A DNA stretch of 63,845 nt, the filler included. It is 6 parts of 6 records of this genome, joined end to end, with 100 filler letters (N's around TTAATTAATTAA, not from the genome) between each part and the next. Parts side by side here need not be neighbours in the genome. Positions count along the whole stretch, not along the records: positions 1 to 19,171 come from DRR723986_8729; positions 19,272 to 26,863 come from DRR723986_8733; 4 more parts are not named here. The stretch is one strand, 5' to 3'. Both the position numbers and the translations under genes were made by a program. The notes below the pieces were generated by a model. It was not told the origin of the DNA. It worked only from the letters and a program-made list of their open reading frames with translations, and did no database searches. Shown here piece by piece: positions 9,317-20,542 of the stretch. Numbering within the stretch: position 1 is the stretch's first letter; every line of letters starts with the position of its first letter.

Positions 9317-10735
9317 CTATTGCCCTTGAATGCGCGTCAGTTCTTCAGCGCCGCGGCCCGCAGCCCAGAGGCCTTTCAAATGCCCGTCCGCCATGACCGC
9401 GTAAACCACCGGCGTCTTGTCGCCCCAGTCCACTGTCAGTACGTTGCCGTCCAGTTCACCCACGCCGCGATAGCTGTCGGTGCCGACTGTCCAGATCAGC
9501 GTGAATGTCCGGCCCTGCTGCGTCAACACGACCGTACCGTCATATGTCGTGCCGTCCGGGTTTCGGCCGGCAATCGAATAATTGCCAGTCAGCCCTTCCG
9601 CCTCGACCGGTGCAGTGCGCGAATAGAGCGTCAGCTTTTCGCTGGCCGAGCCGTCCGCCCATTCACCGTCCAGCGTTTCCGCGCCAGTGAAGGAATAGAC
9701 GACAGGGTGCTTGTCTCCCCAGTTGACCACCAGCATGCGGCCGGCGAACTCGCCGACGCCGGTGAAGACGTCGGTTCCGATCCACCAGGTAAGCCGCACA
9801 TTCCGGTCTTCCGGCGTGATTGCCAGCATGCCGTCGTAGGTCGTTCCGTTCGGGTTGGTTCCCTCGACCCGGTAGACACCCGAGATCTGGCGGGCCGGAC
9901 CGGTGCGCGCGGTGCTCTCCTTGAGCGCGGTTCCGATTGCCGCAAGAGCGGCCATCTTGGGCACCGATCCTGCCGGATTATCAGTGCTGCCGTCAACGAA
10001 GGTAAAATCTCCGAAGAAGGACGAGGAAATCCAGGGCGTTTGCTGGCCGTTCGTTTCCTGGAAGACACCCTTCAGCGTGCGCTTGAAGGTTTCTTCCAGA
10101 TTGAGCGCCGGGGTCGCGATGGCGCTGGCAAGATGCTTGGTGAAAGGGCTGTTGCTGCCCTGCCCGTCCAGAGCCACGGAGCCAGGTGACGTCGAATACG
10201 AGACGAACAGGCGCGCGTTGCTGTCGATCCGCGACAGGCCGGACGATGCCCCACCGAGGGGATTGTTGCGGCAAGCGTCCAGTACGACGATGTTGAGCCC
10301 GTCATGGGACGACGTCATTACTTCCACGGCCTCGCTGACCGCGACCGACTGCTGCTGCAGGACTTCGTCCGCCGGCGCATCCCCAGCCACAGGCAGCAGG
10401 TAGTTTTCTCCCTTAATCTGGATACCGTGGCCGGCGTAATAGAACAGGCCGACGCCACCCTCCTTTTTCAGCCGATCACCGAAGGCCCGGATCGCCTGCT
10501 CCATGGCATCGCGGTTGGCGTCAGTCTGAAGGATGACCTCGAAACCCGCCTTGTCGAGGGCGCGGGCGATGGCCAGAGCATCATTGACCGGATTGGCGAG
10601 CGGGCCATAGCCATATTGCGCGTTTCCGATCACAAGCGCAGTGCGTTGTTCGCTTGCGTGCGAAGCGACTATCAGTCCGAGGACGGTCCAGACGACAAGA
10701 ACAACCGAAAGGGCATAACGCTTTATGGCGTTCAT
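9317..10735 (-). CDS. Secreted caspase-like (peptidase C14) protein with duplicated C-terminal beta-rich domain
   Basis: Signal peptide; ALVIGN..Y, YYAGHG and VLDACRNNP (His/Cys dyad); two GxYxxxGxNPxGTTYDG repeats. Confidence 0.88.
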   Translation of the reverse strand: MNAIKRYALSVVLVVWTVLGLIVASHASEQRTALVIGNAQYGYGPLANPVNDALAIARALDKAGFEVILQTDANRDAMEQAIRAFGDRLKKEGGVGLFYYAGHGIQIKGENYLLPVAGDAPADEVLQQQSVAVSEAVEVMTSSHDGLNIVVLDACRNNPLGGASSGLSRIDSNARLFVSYSTSPGSVALDGQGSNSPFTKHLASAIATPALNLEETFKRTLKGVFQETNGQQTPWISSSFFGDFTFVDGSTDNPAGSVPKMAALAAIGTALKESTARTGPARQISGVYRVEGTNPNGTTYDGMLAITPEDRNVRLTWWIGTDVFTGVGEFAGRMLVVNWGDKHPVVYSFTGAETLDGEWADGSASEKLTLYSRTAPVEAEGLTGNYSIAGRNPDGTTYDGTVVLTQQGRTFTLIWTVGTDSYRGVGELDGNVLTVDWGDKTPVVYAVMADGHLKGLWAAGRGAEELTRIQGQ

Positions 10736-10782
10736 ATTCCTGTTCCTCCTGACCGTCTCACACCGTGTCGGCGATGATCCGA

Positions 10783-11397
10783 TTATTGCTCCGCCAGAGC
10801 CAGCCGCAAGCCGAACCCGGCAAACGTTGCAGCCACGGTCCGGCGCATCCAGACCATCACGCGATCGCTCTTCAACACCTTCTCGCCGACCAGTGAAGCA
10901 AACGCGCCATAGATGACAAAGACAACGAAGGTCATTGCCATGAAGACGCCGCCCATCAGCAGCATGTCGAGCGTTGGATTGACGGCATCATGGCTGACGA
11001 ATTGCGGCAGGAAGGCGAGGAAGAACACCGTCAGCTTGGGATTGAGGATGTTGATCAGGAAGCCGGTGCGCGCCGTTGCAAGGAAGCTCTTGCGCGATCC
11101 CCTGTCGGCTTTCAGTTCCATCGGTCCGCTGTCTTTCAGCGTCTGCCAGGCAAGGTAGAGAAGATAGGCGACACCGGCGTATTTCACGCCCTGGAATACC
11201 AGGGCACTGGTGTGCATCAGCGCCGCCAGGCCCACGACGGACGCCAGAATTGCGGGAATGATACCGAGGGTGCAGCCGAAGGCCGCGGCAACGGATGCCT
11301 GACGGCCTCTGCCAAGCCCGACGGCAACCGTATAAACAACACCGGTGCCCGGAACGAGCACCACGACAAGAGCAGTAATCAGAAATTCCAAGCTCAC
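10783..11397 (-). CDS. LysE/RhtB family translocator
   Basis: PGTG, KYAGVAYLLYLAW, NILNPKL..FFLAFLPQF. Confidence 0.92.
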   Translation of the reverse strand: MSLEFLITALVVVLVPGTGVVYTVAVGLGRGRQASVAAAFGCTLGIIPAILASVVGLAALMHTSALVFQGVKYAGVAYLLYLAWQTLKDSGPMELKADRGSRKSFLATARTGFLINILNPKLTVFFLAFLPQFVSHDAVNPTLDMLLMGGVFMAMTFVVFVIYGAFASLVGEKVLKSDRVMVWMRRTVAATFAGFGLRLALAEQ

Positions 11398-11533
11398 AAT
11401 GCGGCTCCTCCTGGGCCAGACCGACGGGCATTCAACCGCGAGAGCTGGAACGCCGCTGGCCAGGCAACCTTAAAATGTCCGGGTACCCTGCCGGGGCGTT
11501 CCCGGCAAGACACAAGCTAGGCACTGAACCGGA

Positions 11534-13060
11534 TCAGAGATCCAGAACCAGACGCTGCGGATCTTCCAGGCTTTCCTTGACGCGAACCAGGAAGGTCACG
11601 GCTTCCTTGCCGTCGACAATCCGGTGGTCATAGGAGAGCGCCAGATACATCATCGGGCGGATCACCACCTGGCCGTTCACAGCCATCGGACGTTCCTGGA
11701 TCTTGTGCATGCCCAGGATACCGGACTGCGGCGCGTTCAGGATCGGCGAAGACATCAGCGAACCATATACCCCGCCATTGGAGATGGTGAAGGTGCCGCC
11801 GGACATATCAGCCATGCCCAGCTTGCCGTCGCGCGCCTTGCGGCCGAGGTTGCCGATTTCCTGCTCGATCTCTGCGATGGACATCTGGTCCGCGTCGCGC
11901 ACAACCGGAACCACAAGGCCCTTGTCCGTGCCGACGGCGACGCCGATGTGGCAGAAGTTCTTGTAGATGATGTCGGTGCCATCGATCTCGGCATTGACTG
12001 CCGGGATCTCTTTCAGCGCATGGGTCACCGCCTTGGTGAAGAAGCCCATGAAGCCGAGCTTGACGCCGTGTTTCTTCTCAAACAGGTCCTTGTACTGCTT
12101 GCGCAGTTCCATGACCGGGCCCATGTCCACTTCGTTGTAGGTGGTAAGCATGGCCGCGGAGTTCTGTGCGTCCTTCAGGCGGCGCGCAATGGTCTGGCGC
12201 AGCTTGGTCATGCGAACGCGTTCTTCGCGAATTTCGTCCTGGGCGGCAACCGGGCCACGGGCAACGGGAGCAGCCGACGGGGCTGACGACGACGAGGTTG
12301 CACCGGAGGCGATCGCGTTGATGACGTCTTCCTTCAGTACCTGACCACGCTTGCCGGACCCGGCAACCTGGTCGGCGGAAAGGTTGTTTTCAGCCATCAT
12401 CTTCTGAGCAGACGGAGCCGGCGGCATGGAAGACCCGCCGCTTGCGGCCGGAGCGGACGCAGCCGGTGCCGGTGCAGCGGCTGCCGGAGTGGCGGCAGCA
12501 CCTTCGCCTGACGGATCGATCTGGCAGAGCAGAACGCCGGGTTCAACGGTCGTACCGGTTTCGACTGCGATCTTGACGATGGTGCCGGCAACCGGGGCCG
12601 GAACTTCCTGGGCTGCCTTGTCGGTTTCCAGTTCCACCAGCGTGTCGTCGGCCTTGACGACGTCACCGACCTTCACGCTCCATTCGCCGACTTCCGCCTC
12701 GGTGACGGATTCGCCCGCGCTCGGCGTGACGACATCGACCAGCTGAGCCTTTTCGGATTTGGTTTCGGCCTTGGCGTCAGCCTTTGCCGGAGCCGCTTCA
12801 GCCTTCGCGGCCGGAGCACCGGCGCCTTCTGCGATCTGACCGAGCAGGGCGCCGACCTCAACGGTGTCGCCTTCCTTGACCACGATGCTTTCCAGCGTGC
12901 CCGCGGCCGGTGCCGGAACTTCGACGGTTACCTTGTCGGTTTCCAGTTCCACAAGGGGCTCGTCCTGGCTGACGGCGTCGCCCGGTTTCTTGAACCACTG
13001 CGCAATAGTCGCTTCGGAAACGGATTCACCCAGCGTGGGGACGCGAATTTCGGTTGCCAT
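11534..13060 (-). CDS. sucB: 2-oxoglutarate dehydrogenase E2 (two lipoyl domains)
   Basis: Two ELETDK lipoyl motifs, E3-binding domain, DHRIVDG. Confidence 0.97.
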   Translation of the reverse strand: MATEIRVPTLGESVSEATIAQWFKKPGDAVSQDEPLVELETDKVTVEVPAPAAGTLESIVVKEGDTVEVGALLGQIAEGAGAPAAKAEAAPAKADAKAETKSEKAQLVDVVTPSAGESVTEAEVGEWSVKVGDVVKADDTLVELETDKAAQEVPAPVAGTIVKIAVETGTTVEPGVLLCQIDPSGEGAAATPAAAAPAPAASAPAASGGSSMPPAPSAQKMMAENNLSADQVAGSGKRGQVLKEDVINAIASGATSSSSAPSAAPVARGPVAAQDEIREERVRMTKLRQTIARRLKDAQNSAAMLTTYNEVDMGPVMELRKQYKDLFEKKHGVKLGFMGFFTKAVTHALKEIPAVNAEIDGTDIIYKNFCHIGVAVGTDKGLVVPVVRDADQMSIAEIEQEIGNLGRKARDGKLGMADMSGGTFTISNGGVYGSLMSSPILNAPQSGILGMHKIQERPMAVNGQVVIRPMMYLALSYDHRIVDGKEAVTFLVRVKESLEDPQRLVLDL

Positions 13061-13124
13061 GGTCGCCTTCTCTTAAAATTACCTGGCCAAATTTTTGAAA
13101 GAGGGCCCGAAGGCCCTCTTGTGA

Positions 13125-16112
13125 CTAACTTCCCAGAGCCTCTTCGAGGAACGCCTGCAACTGCGCCAGATGCGAGGACATCAGGCCGGTTGCGGTCGAT
13201 GCCATCGCATTGCGGCCAGCATAGCGCGGGCGCTTGTGCTTGGCGTCGATCTGCTCCAGGACCCATTCGATGTAGGACTCGACGAAGAACCAGCTGCCCA
13301 TGTTCTTGGGCTCTTCCTGACACCAGACCATTTCGGCCTGCGGGAAGCGCGCCAGTTCCAGCATCAGCGCCTTTTTCGGGAACGGATAGAGCTGTTCGAC
13401 GCGGAGCAGGTAGACGTCGTTGACGCCGCGCTTTTCGCGCTCTTCGAACAGATCATAGTAGACCTTGCCCGAGCACATCACGACGCGCCGGATCTTGTCG
13501 TCTGAAACCAGCTTGCCTTCCGAATTCAGATTCGGCCCCCAGTCGTCCCACAACAGACGGTGGAAGGAGGACTCCGGACCCAGTTCCTGCAGCGTGGATA
13601 CCGCCTTCTTGTGACGCAGCAAGGATTTCGGCGTCATGAGGATAAGAGGCTTGCGGATATCACGGCGCAGCTGACGACGCAGAATGTGGAAGTAGTTCGA
13701 CGGCGTCGAACAATTCGCAACCTGCATGTTGTCTTCGGCGCAGAGCTGAAGGTAACGCTCCAGACGGGCGGAAGAGTGCTCAGGTCCCTGACCTTCGTAG
13801 CCATGCGGCAGCAGGCAGACGAGGCCGGACATGCGCAGCCACTTGCGCTCACCCGAAGAGATGAACTGGTCGAACACCACCTGGGCACCGTTGGCGAAGT
13901 CGCCGAACTGGGCTTCCCAGAGTGTCAGAGCACGCGGCTCTGCCAGCGAGTAGCCATATTCGAAGCCGAGCACGGCTTCTTCCGAGAGCATCGAGTTGAT
14001 GACCTCGTAGCGCTGCTGATCAGGGGAGACGTTGTTGAGCGGAATGTACCGGCTCTCGTCTTCCTGATCGTACAGGACCGAATGGCGCTGCGAGAACGTG
14101 CCGCGTTCGCAATCCTGACCGGACAGGCGCACCGGGTGGCCTTCCTTCAGCAGCGAACCGAAGGCAAGCGCTTCAGCGGTTGCCCAGTCGATACCTTCGC
14201 CGGTCTCGATCATGCGCTCGCGCTGGTTCATGAAGCGCGCGATCGTGCGGTGGATGTTGAAACCGTCCGGCACGTGGGTCAGAGCCCGGCCGATCGACTT
14301 CAGTTCATCCATCGGCAGACCGGTTTGACCGCGACGCGGATCGTCTTCGTCGTCGGCCCGTTTCATGCCTGCCCACTTGCCGTCCAGCCAGTCGGCCTTG
14401 TTCGGCTTGAAGGCCTGGCCGGCATCGAACTCGTCGTCCAGATGCTTGCGCCAGTCGGCTTTCATGTGCTCGACTTCGTCCTGCGTCAGAACACCTTCCT
14501 TGATGAGGCGTTCCGAGTAGAGCTGCAGCGTCGTCGCATGCTTGCGGATCTTGCGGTACATGATCGGCTGCGTGAATGCCGGCTCGTCGCCCTCGTTGTG
14601 GCCGAAGCGGCGATAGCAGATCATGTCGATGACCACCGGACGATGGAACGTCTGGCGATATTCAATCGCGATCTTGGCTGCAAAGACGACGGCTTCCGGA
14701 TCATCCGCGTTGACGTGGAAGATCGGCGCCTCGATCACCTTCGCCATATCCGACGGATAGGGCGAAGATCGCGAGAAGCGCGGGTTGGTGGTAAAGCCGA
14801 TCTGGTTGTTGATGATCACATGGACCGAACCGCCGGTGCGGTGGCCACGCAGCGCGGACAGGCCAAAGCATTCCGCAACAACGCCCTGGCCGGCGAATGC
14901 GGCGTCGCCGTGCAGCAGCAGCGGCAGAACCGTGCCACGGTCGATTTCGGTCGTATCGACGAAATTGCCGTTCTCGTCGGCAGCCAGCTGATCCTGCTTG
15001 GCGCGCGCCTTGCCCAGAACCACCGGGTTGACGATTTCCAGGTGCGAGGGGTTTGCCGTCAGCGACAGATGCACGTCGTTGCCGTCGAACGTCCGGTCGG
15101 AAGACGCGCCGAGGTGATACTTCACGTCGCCGGAGCCTTCCACATCGTCCGGCGCGTAGGAGCCGCCCTTGAACTCGTGGAAGATTGCCCGGTGCGGCTT
15201 GGCCATCACCTGGGAAAGCACGTTCAGGCGGCCGCGGTGGGCCATGCCGAACACGATTTCCTTCAGGCCCATGGAGCCGCCGCGTTTGATGATCTGTTCC
15301 AGCGCCGGGATCAGCGCTTCACCGCCATCCAGGCCGAAGCGCTTGGTGCCGGTGTATTTGACGTCCAGAAACTTTTCGAAACCTTCGGCTTCGACCAGCT
15401 TGTTGAGGATCGCCTTCTTGCCTTCCGTGGTGAAGGCAACCTGCTTGTCCGGACCTTCAATGCGCTCCTGGATCCAGGCCTTGGCCGCCGGATCGGAGAT
15501 ATGCATGAACTCGACACCCAGCGTCGAGCAATAGGTCCGCTTCAGGATGTCCATCATCTCGCGGATGGTGGCGTATTCCAGACCCAGCACGTGGTCGATA
15601 AAGATCTTGTGGTCCCAGTCGGCTTCGGTAAAACCGTAGGAGGAGGGATGCAGTTCCTCGTGGTCGCCCTTGCCGGCCAGGCCGAGGGGGTCGAGATCTG
15701 CATGAAGATGGCCGCGCATGCGATAGGCGCGGATCATCATCAGGGCGCGAACGGAATCGCGGGTCGCCTGATGAACTTCCTGATCCGAAACCGGCTCGCC
15801 CTTGGCTTCAGCCTTCTTTTTCAGTTTGTCGCCGAGCTTCTGCTCAATCGGGCCCCAGTTGCCGTCGAATGCATTGACGAGGTCGCCATTGGCCTCGATC
15901 GGCCAGTCCTTGCGTTTCCAGGTCGCCCCGCGAGCCTCTTTCAGCACTGCTTCCTTCTCGTCCTGGAAGGCTGCAAAGAAGTCCTGCCACTCGGCGTCGA
16001 CCGAGCTCGGATCTGTCTTGTACTGTGCGTAGAGGTCTTCGATATAGGCTGCGTTGGCGCCGTAAAGCAACGACGTCAGTGCGAATACGTTGTTCGCTTC
16101 CTGCCGTGCCAT
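13125..16112 (-). CDS. sucA: 2-oxoglutarate dehydrogenase E1
   Basis: GMAHRGRLN, HGDAAFAGQG, LPHGYEGQGPEHSS. Confidence 0.98.
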   Translation of the reverse strand: MARQEANNVFALTSLLYGANAAYIEDLYAQYKTDPSSVDAEWQDFFAAFQDEKEAVLKEARGATWKRKDWPIEANGDLVNAFDGNWGPIEQKLGDKLKKKAEAKGEPVSDQEVHQATRDSVRALMMIRAYRMRGHLHADLDPLGLAGKGDHEELHPSSYGFTEADWDHKIFIDHVLGLEYATIREMMDILKRTYCSTLGVEFMHISDPAAKAWIQERIEGPDKQVAFTTEGKKAILNKLVEAEGFEKFLDVKYTGTKRFGLDGGEALIPALEQIIKRGGSMGLKEIVFGMAHRGRLNVLSQVMAKPHRAIFHEFKGGSYAPDDVEGSGDVKYHLGASSDRTFDGNDVHLSLTANPSHLEIVNPVVLGKARAKQDQLAADENGNFVDTTEIDRGTVLPLLLHGDAAFAGQGVVAECFGLSALRGHRTGGSVHVIINNQIGFTTNPRFSRSSPYPSDMAKVIEAPIFHVNADDPEAVVFAAKIAIEYRQTFHRPVVIDMICYRRFGHNEGDEPAFTQPIMYRKIRKHATTLQLYSERLIKEGVLTQDEVEHMKADWRKHLDDEFDAGQAFKPNKADWLDGKWAGMKRADDEDDPRRGQTGLPMDELKSIGRALTHVPDGFNIHRTIARFMNQRERMIETGEGIDWATAEALAFGSLLKEGHPVRLSGQDCERGTFSQRHSVLYDQEDESRYIPLNNVSPDQQRYEVINSMLSEEAVLGFEYGYSLAEPRALTLWEAQFGDFANGAQVVFDQFISSGERKWLRMSGLVCLLPHGYEGQGPEHSSARLERYLQLCAEDNMQVANCSTPSNYFHILRRQLRRDIRKPLILMTPKSLLRHKKAVSTLQELGPESSFHRLLWDDWGPNLNSEGKLVSDDKIRRVVMCSGKVYYDLFEEREKRGVNDVYLLRVEQLYPFPKKALMLELARFPQAEMVWCQEEPKNMGSWFFVESYIEWVLEQIDAKHKRPRYAGRNAMASTATGLMSSHLAQLQAFLEEALGS

Positions 16113-16318
16113 GTCCTTTAGCGGAGGTATCCTCCGCCCTTTTGTTTAGGCGGGCCCGAAAAATTGACCCGCGGCCGGTTTCCCTACAATGGCCGATGGT
16201 TCCCACCGACCCCTCGAAAAATGGTTACGGCACGTCAACCGCGCCGGAACCCATCCTTTCATCATGCGACAGGAAACGTAAACAGTTTCCGTCCCCATCG
16301 CTAAAGATTCTTGCAGAA

Positions 16319-17227
16319 TCAGCCCTTCAAGACTTCGAGAAGTGTCTCGCCGAGCTTCGCAGGAGACGGTGACACCTTGATGCCAGCAGCTTCCATCGCA
16401 GCGATCTTGTCTTCTGCACCGCCCTTGCCGCCTGAAATAACGGCACCGGCGTGGCCCATGGTACGGCCCGGAGGCGCTGTCCGTCCGGCGATGAAACCAG
16501 CCATCGGCTTGGACCGGCCGCGCTTGGCTTCGTCCTTCAGGAACTGCGCCGCGTCTTCTTCCGCAGAGCCACCGATTTCGCCGATCATGATGATCGACTG
16601 GGTTTCGTCGTCGGCCAGGAACATTTCCAGGACGTCGATGAACTCGGTGCCCTTGACCGGGTCGCCACCGATACCGACAGCCGTCGTCTGGCCGAGGCCG
16701 GCATTGGTGGTCTGGAAGACAGCTTCATAAGTAAGGGTGCCGGAGCGGGAAACAACACCGACGGAGCCTTTCTTGAAGATGGAGCCCGGCATGATGCCGA
16801 TCTTGCATTCTTCCGGGGTCAGGATACCGGGGCAGTTCGGGCCGAGGAGGCGCGACTTGGATTTCTCCAGCTTGGCCTTGACCTTGACCATGTCGGCAAC
16901 CGGGATGCCTTCGGTGATGCAGACGATGAACGGAACTTCCGCTTCGATGGCCTCGATGATCGCGGCGCCCGCGCCTGCCGGCGGAACGTAGATCACGGAG
17001 GCGTCGGCACCGGTTGCTTCCCTGGCTTCACCAACGCTCGCAAAGATCGGCAGAGAGGCCGCGCTGTCGACACCGGAAGACCAGGTCTCGCCACCCTTTT
17101 TCGGGTGCACACCGGCGACCATCTTGGTGCCGTAATATTCAAGTGCCTGTTCCGTGTGGAACGTGCCGGTCTTGCCGGTCAGGCCCTGAACGATGATTTT
17201 CGTGTCTTTATTGACGAGGATCGACAT
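16319..17227 (-). CDS. sucD: Succinyl-CoA synthetase alpha subunit
   Basis: [21 protein letters not shown]. Confidence 0.98.
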   Translation of the reverse strand: MSILVNKDTKIIVQGLTGKTGTFHTEQALEYYGTKMVAGVHPKKGGETWSSGVDSAASLPIFASVGEAREATGADASVIYVPPAGAGAAIIEAIEAEVPFIVCITEGIPVADMVKVKAKLEKSKSRLLGPNCPGILTPEECKIGIMPGSIFKKGSVGVVSRSGTLTYEAVFQTTNAGLGQTTAVGIGGDPVKGTEFIDVLEMFLADDETQSIIMIGEIGGSAEEDAAQFLKDEAKRGRSKPMAGFIAGRTAPPGRTMGHAGAVISGGKGGAEDKIAAMEAAGIKVSPSPAKLGETLLEVLKG

Positions 17228-17258
17228 ATTTTAGTTTCCTCAGCTCGAAATCGCAGGG

Positions 17259-17570
17259 TCAAAGCTCTTTGCCGTCCGTCGGAAAAATCAGATCAAACCG
17301 CACAATCTCAACGATTTCGCCATCAACAATCGTACAGGTGAAGCCTGGTCTCTTGTTGGTGGAGGGATAGTTGATTTGAACGGAACGGCCTGAGGTGCCG
17401 GAAAACGAACGGTAACCGTACTCATCACCTCGGACACCTACACTGCCGTGTTTGAGAATTCCCTGAGCACAAGCTGATAGCTCTTCCGTAGTTGGTGACA
17501 ATTCACCGCTACAGGCCGTCAGCAAAATCCCCAGACCAAACAGGGCAGCAATTGGTGCCAGTTTGAACAT
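17259..17570 (-). CDS. Small hypothetical lipoprotein inserted between sucC and sucD
   Basis: Lipobox LTAC after a hydrophobic leader; start overlaps the sucC stop (TAATG). Confidence 0.7.
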   Translation of the reverse strand: MFKLAPIAALFGLGILLTACSGELSPTTEELSACAQGILKHGSVGVRGDEYGYRSFSGTSGRSVQINYPSTNKRPGFTCTIVDGEIVEIVRFDLIFPTDGKEL

Positions 17571-18763
17571 TAACCCTTGACCGCTTTCACGATTTTCTGG
17601 GCGGCGTCGTCGAGATCGTCAGCGGCGATCACGTTCAGACCGCTTTCGTTGATGATCTTCTTGCCGAGTTCCACGTTGGTGCCTTCCAGGCGAACAACGA
17701 GCGGAACCTGCAGGCCGACTTCCTTGACGGCTGCAACCACGCCTTCCGCGATCACGTCGCAGCGCATGATGCCACCGAAGATGTTGACCAGGATGCCCTT
17801 CACGTTCGGATCGGACGTGATGATCTTGAACGCGGCCGTCACCTTCTCCTTGGAAGCGCCACCGCCAACATCAAGGAAGTTGGCCGGCTCGGCGCCGTAG
17901 AGCTTGATGATGTCCATGGTCGCCATGGCAAGGCCGGCACCGTTGACCATGCAGCCGATGTCACCGTCGAGAGCGACATAGGCGAGGTCGTACTTGGAGG
18001 CCTCGATTTCCTTGTCGTCTTCCTCGGTGACGTCGCGCAGCTCCATGATGTCCGGATGACGGAACAGAGCGTTGCCGTCGAAGGAAACCTTGGCATCCAG
18101 TACGCGCAGGCGGCCGTCCTTCATGACGATCAGCGGGTTGACTTCCAGAAGGCTCATGTCCTTCTCGACGAAAGCCGTGTGCAGGATCGGGAACAGCTTC
18201 ATGCCGTCTTCGCGTGCAGCACCGGTCAGTTCCAGCGCGTCGCACAGTTTGGCGGCATCGGCTTCGGTTACACCGGTTTCCGGATCGATCGGCAGGGTGA
18301 CGATCTTTTCGGGGGTTTCTTCGGCAACCGCTTCAATGTCCATGCCACCTTCGGTGGAGACAACGAAAGCCGGGCGGCCAACGGTCCGGTCGACCAGAAT
18401 GGAGAGGTAAAGCTCACGCTCGATGTCGGCGCCGTCTTCGATGTAGAGACGGTTGACCACCTTGCCGGCGGCACCGGTCTGTTTGGTGACCAGCGTGTTG
18501 CCGAGCATTTCCTTGGCGTTGGACGTGACTTCGTCCAGCGAGAAAGCCAGACGGACACCGCCCTTGGCATCAGCGGACAGTTCCTTGAACTTGCCCTTGC
18601 CGCGGCCACCAGCGTGGATCTGCGACTTCACGACCCAGAGCGGGCCCGGAAGGCTCTTGGCGGCTGCTTCGGCTTCGTCGGCGGAGAAGATGGCAACGCC
18701 TTCGGCCACCGGTGCACCGTATTCCTTCAGAACGGCCTTGGCCTGGTATTCATGAATGTTCAT
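17570..18763 (-). CDS. sucC: Succinyl-CoA synthetase beta subunit
   Basis: [32 protein letters not shown]. Confidence 0.98.
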   Translation of the reverse strand: MNIHEYQAKAVLKEYGAPVAEGVAIFSADEAEAAAKSLPGPLWVVKSQIHAGGRGKGKFKELSADAKGGVRLAFSLDEVTSNAKEMLGNTLVTKQTGAAGKVVNRLYIEDGADIERELYLSILVDRTVGRPAFVVSTEGGMDIEAVAEETPEKIVTLPIDPETGVTEADAAKLCDALELTGAAREDGMKLFPILHTAFVEKDMSLLEVNPLIVMKDGRLRVLDAKVSFDGNALFRHPDIMELRDVTEEDDKEIEASKYDLAYVALDGDIGCMVNGAGLAMATMDIIKLYGAEPANFLDVGGGASKEKVTAAFKIITSDPNVKGILVNIFGGIMRCDVIAEGVVAAVKEVGLQVPLVVRLEGTNVELGKKIINESGLNVIAADDLDDAAQKIVKAVKG

Positions 18764-18838
18764 GTGTTTCCCCCGTTGTCGGAGGACCGTTCTTCCCGGC
18801 AGGAAGAACGGCCGCAAATTCCCTTAGGCGGGCCCGGT

Positions 18839-19171
<333 letters not shown>

Positions 19172-19271
19172 NNNNNNNNNNNNNNNNNNNNNNNNNNNNN
19201 NNNNNNNNNNNNNNNTTAATTAATTAANNNNNNNNNNNNNNNNNNNNNNNNNNNNNNNNNNNNNNNNNNNN
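19172..19271. other. Artificial contig spacer
   Basis: N-run, TTAATTAATTAA (stop in all six frames), N-run. Confidence 0.98.
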
Positions 19272-20450
19272 AGCGCCCATGCCGCCACCGATACACATGG
19301 TCACCACGGCGTATTTTTCACCGCGACGCTTGGCTTCCAGCAAGGCGTGGCCCACCAGACGCGCACCACTCATACCGAAGGGGTGGCCAATAGAGATACC
19401 GCCGCCATTCACGTTCAATTTGTTGTTGTCGATACCCAACTGGTCGCGGCAGTAAATCACCTGACAGGCGAAGGCTTCGTTCAGCTCCCAGATGCCGATA
19501 TCGTCGACTTTCAAACCCTGACGCTTAAGCAGCTTGGGAATCGCAAACACGGGACCAATGCCCATTTCGTCGGCCTTGCAGCCGGCAACGGCCATACCGC
19601 GGTAAGCGCCCAGAGGTGCCAGGCCCAATTGCTCGGCGCGCTTGGCTTCCATCAATACGCTGGCTGAGGCGCCGTCTGACAACTGCGAGGCATTACCGGC
19701 AGTAATGAAGCGACCTTCTTTCACCCAATGGCCGTCTTTCCAAACCGGTGCCAGGCCTTGCAGACTTTCCAGTGTAGTGGAGGGGCGATTGCACTCGTCG
19801 CGATCCAGAACCACGTCTTTGTATGTAACTTCTTTGGTTTCTTTGTTAAACACCGACATGCGCGTCGCAAAGGGCACGATCTCGTCGTTAAACAAACCGG
19901 CTTCCTGCGCCGCCGCGACACGCATCTGACTTTGCAGCGCGTATTCATCCTGCGCTTCACGGCTAATGCCATAGCGCTCGGAAACAATTTCTGCGGTTTC
20001 GATCATCGGAATATACGCCGTGGGATCGATTTCCGTCACCGTTTTTGAAACGTTGCGGTAGGTGTTCTTGTGCTTGGTTTGCACCAGCGAAATCGACTCC
20101 AGGCCACCGGCAACGGCAACGTCCATTTCGTCACACATAATCGACTTAGCGGCCCAGGCGATGGTCATCAAACCAGAGCTGCACTGGCGGTCGATAGTCA
20201 TGCCCGCCGTGGTGTCAGGCAAACCCGCGGCAACGCTACACAGACGGCCCAGGTTGTAGCCCTGTGTGCCCTGCTGTGCAGCGGCACCCATGATCACATC
20301 TTCAACCGATGCGGGGTCGATACCCGCTTTTTCCACCGCGGCTTTTACCGCGTGACCACCCATTGCCGGGGCTTCGGTGTCGTTCAGGGCACCGCGAAAG
20401 GATTTACCCATGCCGGTACGGGCGGTAGAGACGATGACGGCTTCTTTCAT
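19272..20450 (-). CDS. Acetyl-CoA C-acyltransferase (thiolase), ScdJ-like by position; 3'-truncated
   Basis: [24 protein letters not shown]. Confidence 0.9.
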
Positions 20451-20542
20451 GTTGAACCTCGTTCGCTTAGGCGCCGCATGTCCGTGCGACGCCGGGATTG
20501 AATTCTATTAGCTCTGTGCTGGCTGCGATAGCCTAACGCGCC

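Noticed and set aside
11534..13060. Two lipoyl domains in SucB
   Set aside because: Known variation in alphaproteobacterial E2 subunits.
13560..16121. 853-aa antisense ORF over sucA (also 583 aa over lpdA and 387 aa over sucC/mdh)
   Set aside because: Shadow ORFs expected from high-GC codon bias opposite conserved genes; no recognisable motifs.
19216..19227. Recurrent TTAATTAATTAA palindrome (five copies)
   Set aside because: Synthetic six-frame-stop linker embedded in N-runs, not biological.
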